A DNA stretch of 64,000 nt from Narcine bancroftii (Eukaryota): contig NC_091469.1 in NCBI RefSeq assembly GCF_036971445.1, forward strand, positions 348,874,001 to 348,938,000, given 5' to 3'. How positions within the stretch are numbered: position 1 is the stretch's first letter; each line of letters opens with the position of its first letter. The notes under the pieces were generated by a model, which was not told where the DNA came from, did not search any database, and was given only the letters and a program-made list of their open reading frames with translations. A program made the position numbers and the translations under genes. This document shows, in pieces, positions 61,010 to 64,000 of this stretch.

Positions 61010-63835
61010 CAAAGGAGGCAACATGTGTCTGGAGGAGAAGGAGGTTGGGGAGGTCCAAAATGCATCCTTTGCTTCAGTATGCATTAAAGAAAAAGACTTT
61101 GGTCAAGGTGGGGTCAGAATAGAACAGGTTTACGTGCTGGACCATGTTGAAATTAGAAAAGTGGAAGTGCTAGATTTTCTTAAAAACATTAAAATTGATA
61201 AGCCCCAGGGCTGGATGAGATATACCCCTGTTTGCTGAAGGAAGGGAAGAAAAAGAAAGATGGGGCATTGCCAATTATCCTTGCATCCTCCTTAGCCTCA
61301 GGGAAAGTCCAGAAGATTGGAGAATGGTAAATGTAGACCCCTTATTTTAAAAAAGGTGACAGGGAGAATCCTGGGAATTATAGGCTAGTTAGTCTTACGT
61401 CAGTGGTGTGCAAACTATAGGAGAGGATTTGTCTTTTTAATTTTTTTTAAATTTTTTACATTATGAACCATATTAACCAAAATACTCACAAACATTTCCC
61501 TCTTGAATATACACAGTGTAATTTTCTCCCCTTTCCCCCCCTCCCTTCCCTTCCTCCTTTCCACCCCCCTCCTTACCCACTAAACATTCAACATATACAA
61601 TACAATAAACCCATTAAACAACGTCATCACATAATGAAAATAAATAAGAAAATTGTGTCATCTATTTTACACACTGGGTCAGTTCATTTCATCTTCTTCT
61701 CATTCTATCATTTTAGGGGGTGGCGGTCCACAGTAGGCCCTCTCTGTTGTGTTCCATATATGGTTCCCAAATTTGTTCGAATACTGTGACTTTATTTTTT
61801 TAATTATATGTTATTTTTTCCAATGGAATACATTTATTCATTTCTATGTACCATTGCTGTACTCTCAGGCTCTCTTCTGATTTCAAGGTTGACATTATAC
61901 ATTGTTTTGCTACAGCTAAGGCTATCATAATAAATCTTTTTTGTGCTTCATCCAATTTGAGGCCTAGTTCTTTACTTCTTATATTAATTAGAAGAAAGAT
62001 CTCTGGATTTTTTGGTATGTTGCTTTTTGTGATTTTATTTAATACCTGATTTAGATCTTCCCAAAACTTTTCCACTTTCTCACATGCCCAAATTACATGT
62101 ACAGCTGTACCAGTTTCCTTCTTACAGAGGAAACATCTATCTGACACTGTTGGGTCCCATTTATTTAACTTTTGGGGCGTGGTGTATTGCCTGTGCAACC
62201 AATAATATTGTATCATGCGTAACCTTATTTTTATTGTATTTCTCATAATTCTTCAATGAGCTAAAGAAAATAATAAGGAGATTCTTATGGAAAGGGGGGA
62301 AACCGAGGATAGCACTAGATAAATTAACAGAATGGTACAAACAAGGGGGCTTACAGCTACCAAACTTTAAGAATTATTATAGAGCCGCACAATTAAGATA
62401 CCTATCAGATTTTTATCAAACAAGGGAAAAACCAGATAGGACCAGGTTAGAGCTAGATAAAATAGGGGAAAGGGTACCAGAACATATACTATATAAGTGG
62501 GATGAAAAACTGGTGCAACATAGAAGTTCACCAGCACTGCACCATCTGCTCAACATTTGGAAGAAGATTCACGTAGAAAGGAATAACACAAATTACCAAC
62601 TACCAAAATTATTATTGACGCAAAATCAACTAGTCCCTTTCACAATAGATAACCTTTCCTTTAGAGAATGGGAGAGAAAAGGGATCAAAAGAACAGAATT
62701 TTTTGGGGGGAAATAATTTATTATCTTTTGAACAAATGAAGTGCAAACATGGTATAACTCACGGTACAATGTTTGCATACCACCAACTGAAAACCTACTT
62801 GAAGGACAAATTGGGAAGCAGGCTGAGGTTACCAGAAGTAAGCAGCTTTGAATATGTGATGACAGACACAATGATAATTAGGAGAGGATTCTTAAGGACA
62901 GGGTTTCTAAGCATTTGGAGAAGTATAGTCTACTCAGGCCTACAAGACTAATTGAGTTTTTTTGAGTAGGTGACCAATAAAATTGATGAAAATAGGGTGG
63001 TAGATATGGTGTACATGGATTTTAGTAAGGCATTTCACAAGGTCTCCCATGAGATAGTCATTCAGAAATCCATGAGGCATGGTATCTATAGAAACTTGGC
63101 TGTGGGGATTGAGAATTAGCTTGCTTGTAGAAAACAGAGAGTAATAGTAGCAACACATATTCTGCCTGCAGGTCAATGACTCGTGAAGTTCTGCAGGGAT
63201 CTGCTCTGGGACCACGGTTTTTTGTGATATTTATAAATGACCTAGATGAAGAAGTGGAAGGCTGGGTCAGTAAGTTTGTGGATGATATGATGTTTTGAAG
63301 AGTTGTGGATAGTGTTGAAGGTTGCCATAGGTTACAAAAGGATATTTATCAAGATGCAAGTGTTGCGTGGAACAGTGCAGAATGAGTTCCATCCAGACAA
63401 GTGTGAGGTGATGCATTATGAAACGGCAAACCGGAAGGCTGAGTACAGGGTTAATGAATTAATACTTAAATATGCGAGAACTGGGGAATGTTTGACTCTA
63501 AATCCATAAATCCTTCAAGGTTTCCATGCAGGGATACTTGGCAGGAGTACAAACACCAGAGGACATCTGTACAAAGTGAAAGAGGAAAGTTTAGGGGAGA
63601 CATCGGAAGTAAGTTTTTTATACAGACCATTGTGGGTGCCAGGATGACTTCCTATTGATGGCAATGGAGGCTGAAACACTAGGGAGTTTAAGAGATGCTT
63701 AGACAGGCATATGGATGAAAGAAAAATAGAATGTTATGAAGAAGAAAGTAAAGTTGTATTATATAATCTATAGGTCGACACATCATGGGATGAAGGGTTA
63801 GTATTGTTCTTTAGTGTTTTATATTCTATGTTCTA
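61010..63835 (+). mobile_element. CR1 LINE (internally deleted), interrupted by an L1 at 61430-62878
   Basis: EDWRMVNVDPLF*KGDRENPGNYRLVSLTSVVCKL*ERI continues after the insertion as ERILKDRV. Also VDMVYMDFSKAF, KFVDDM and tail ttctatgttcta. Confidence 0.9.
61430..62878 (-). mobile_element. Well-preserved L1/Tx1-type insertion with 5' inversion
   Basis: Poly-T and 3' UTR at 61430-61790, minus-strand ORF2 C-terminus (ORF 61800-62246), plus-strand upstream ORF2 segment 62249-62878. Perfect 12-bp TSD taggagaggatt (61418-61429 / 62879-62890). Confidence 0.95.
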
Positions 63836-64000
63836 AATGGAATTGTGGGCAAATAACAGGAAATGTGACATTTGTAAGAAAAGTCTCAGAAGTGAGCCTT
63901 TGATCTTTTGTTATGGTACACTACATATATTAAACCTTGCGTGAAATAAATAATGGCAAATTTTAAAAATGCATTTAGATCTTGAACAGTGGTGAAAAAA

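Noticed and set aside
1-64000. Prokaryotic-type systems (operons, CRISPR arrays, defence loci)
   Set aside because: No gene-dense coding, no constant repeat/unique spacer array and no cas-like ORFs. The content is vertebrate TE-rich non-coding DNA.

Overview
This is eukaryotic, vertebrate-type genomic DNA. It is AT-rich, dense in transposons and has two N gaps (2403-2594, 37091-37235). The repeat repertoire (many CR1 LINEs, Penelope pseudo-LTR remnants, V-SINE/HE1-like and Deu-domain SINEs, L1/Tx1-type, Rex1/Babar, RTE, Gypsy, Tc1, hAT) suggests a cartilaginous fish, probably a ray; this is inferred from recalled repeat families. I recognise no host protein-coding exon, so the window is most likely intronic or intergenic. 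Every protein-like ORF in the track that I could assign comes from a decayed mobile element. I cannot establish a wholly new biological system. The best leads are: (1) a dispersed family of minimal hammerhead-ribozyme motifs in Penelope pLTRs, with a shared C3->U core change; (2) a ~370-bp inverted duplication at 42.7-43.9 kb that includes a CR1 5' junction; (3) a Gypsy 5' LTR with no tRNA PBS, whose downstream sequence pairs with its own poly(A) signal; (4) three 5'-inverted (twin-priming type) LINE insertions, one of them an RTE; (5) a 5S rRNA-derived SINE. Boundaries without a stated TSD or terminal repeat are approximate. Family names come from motif recognition, not database searches.
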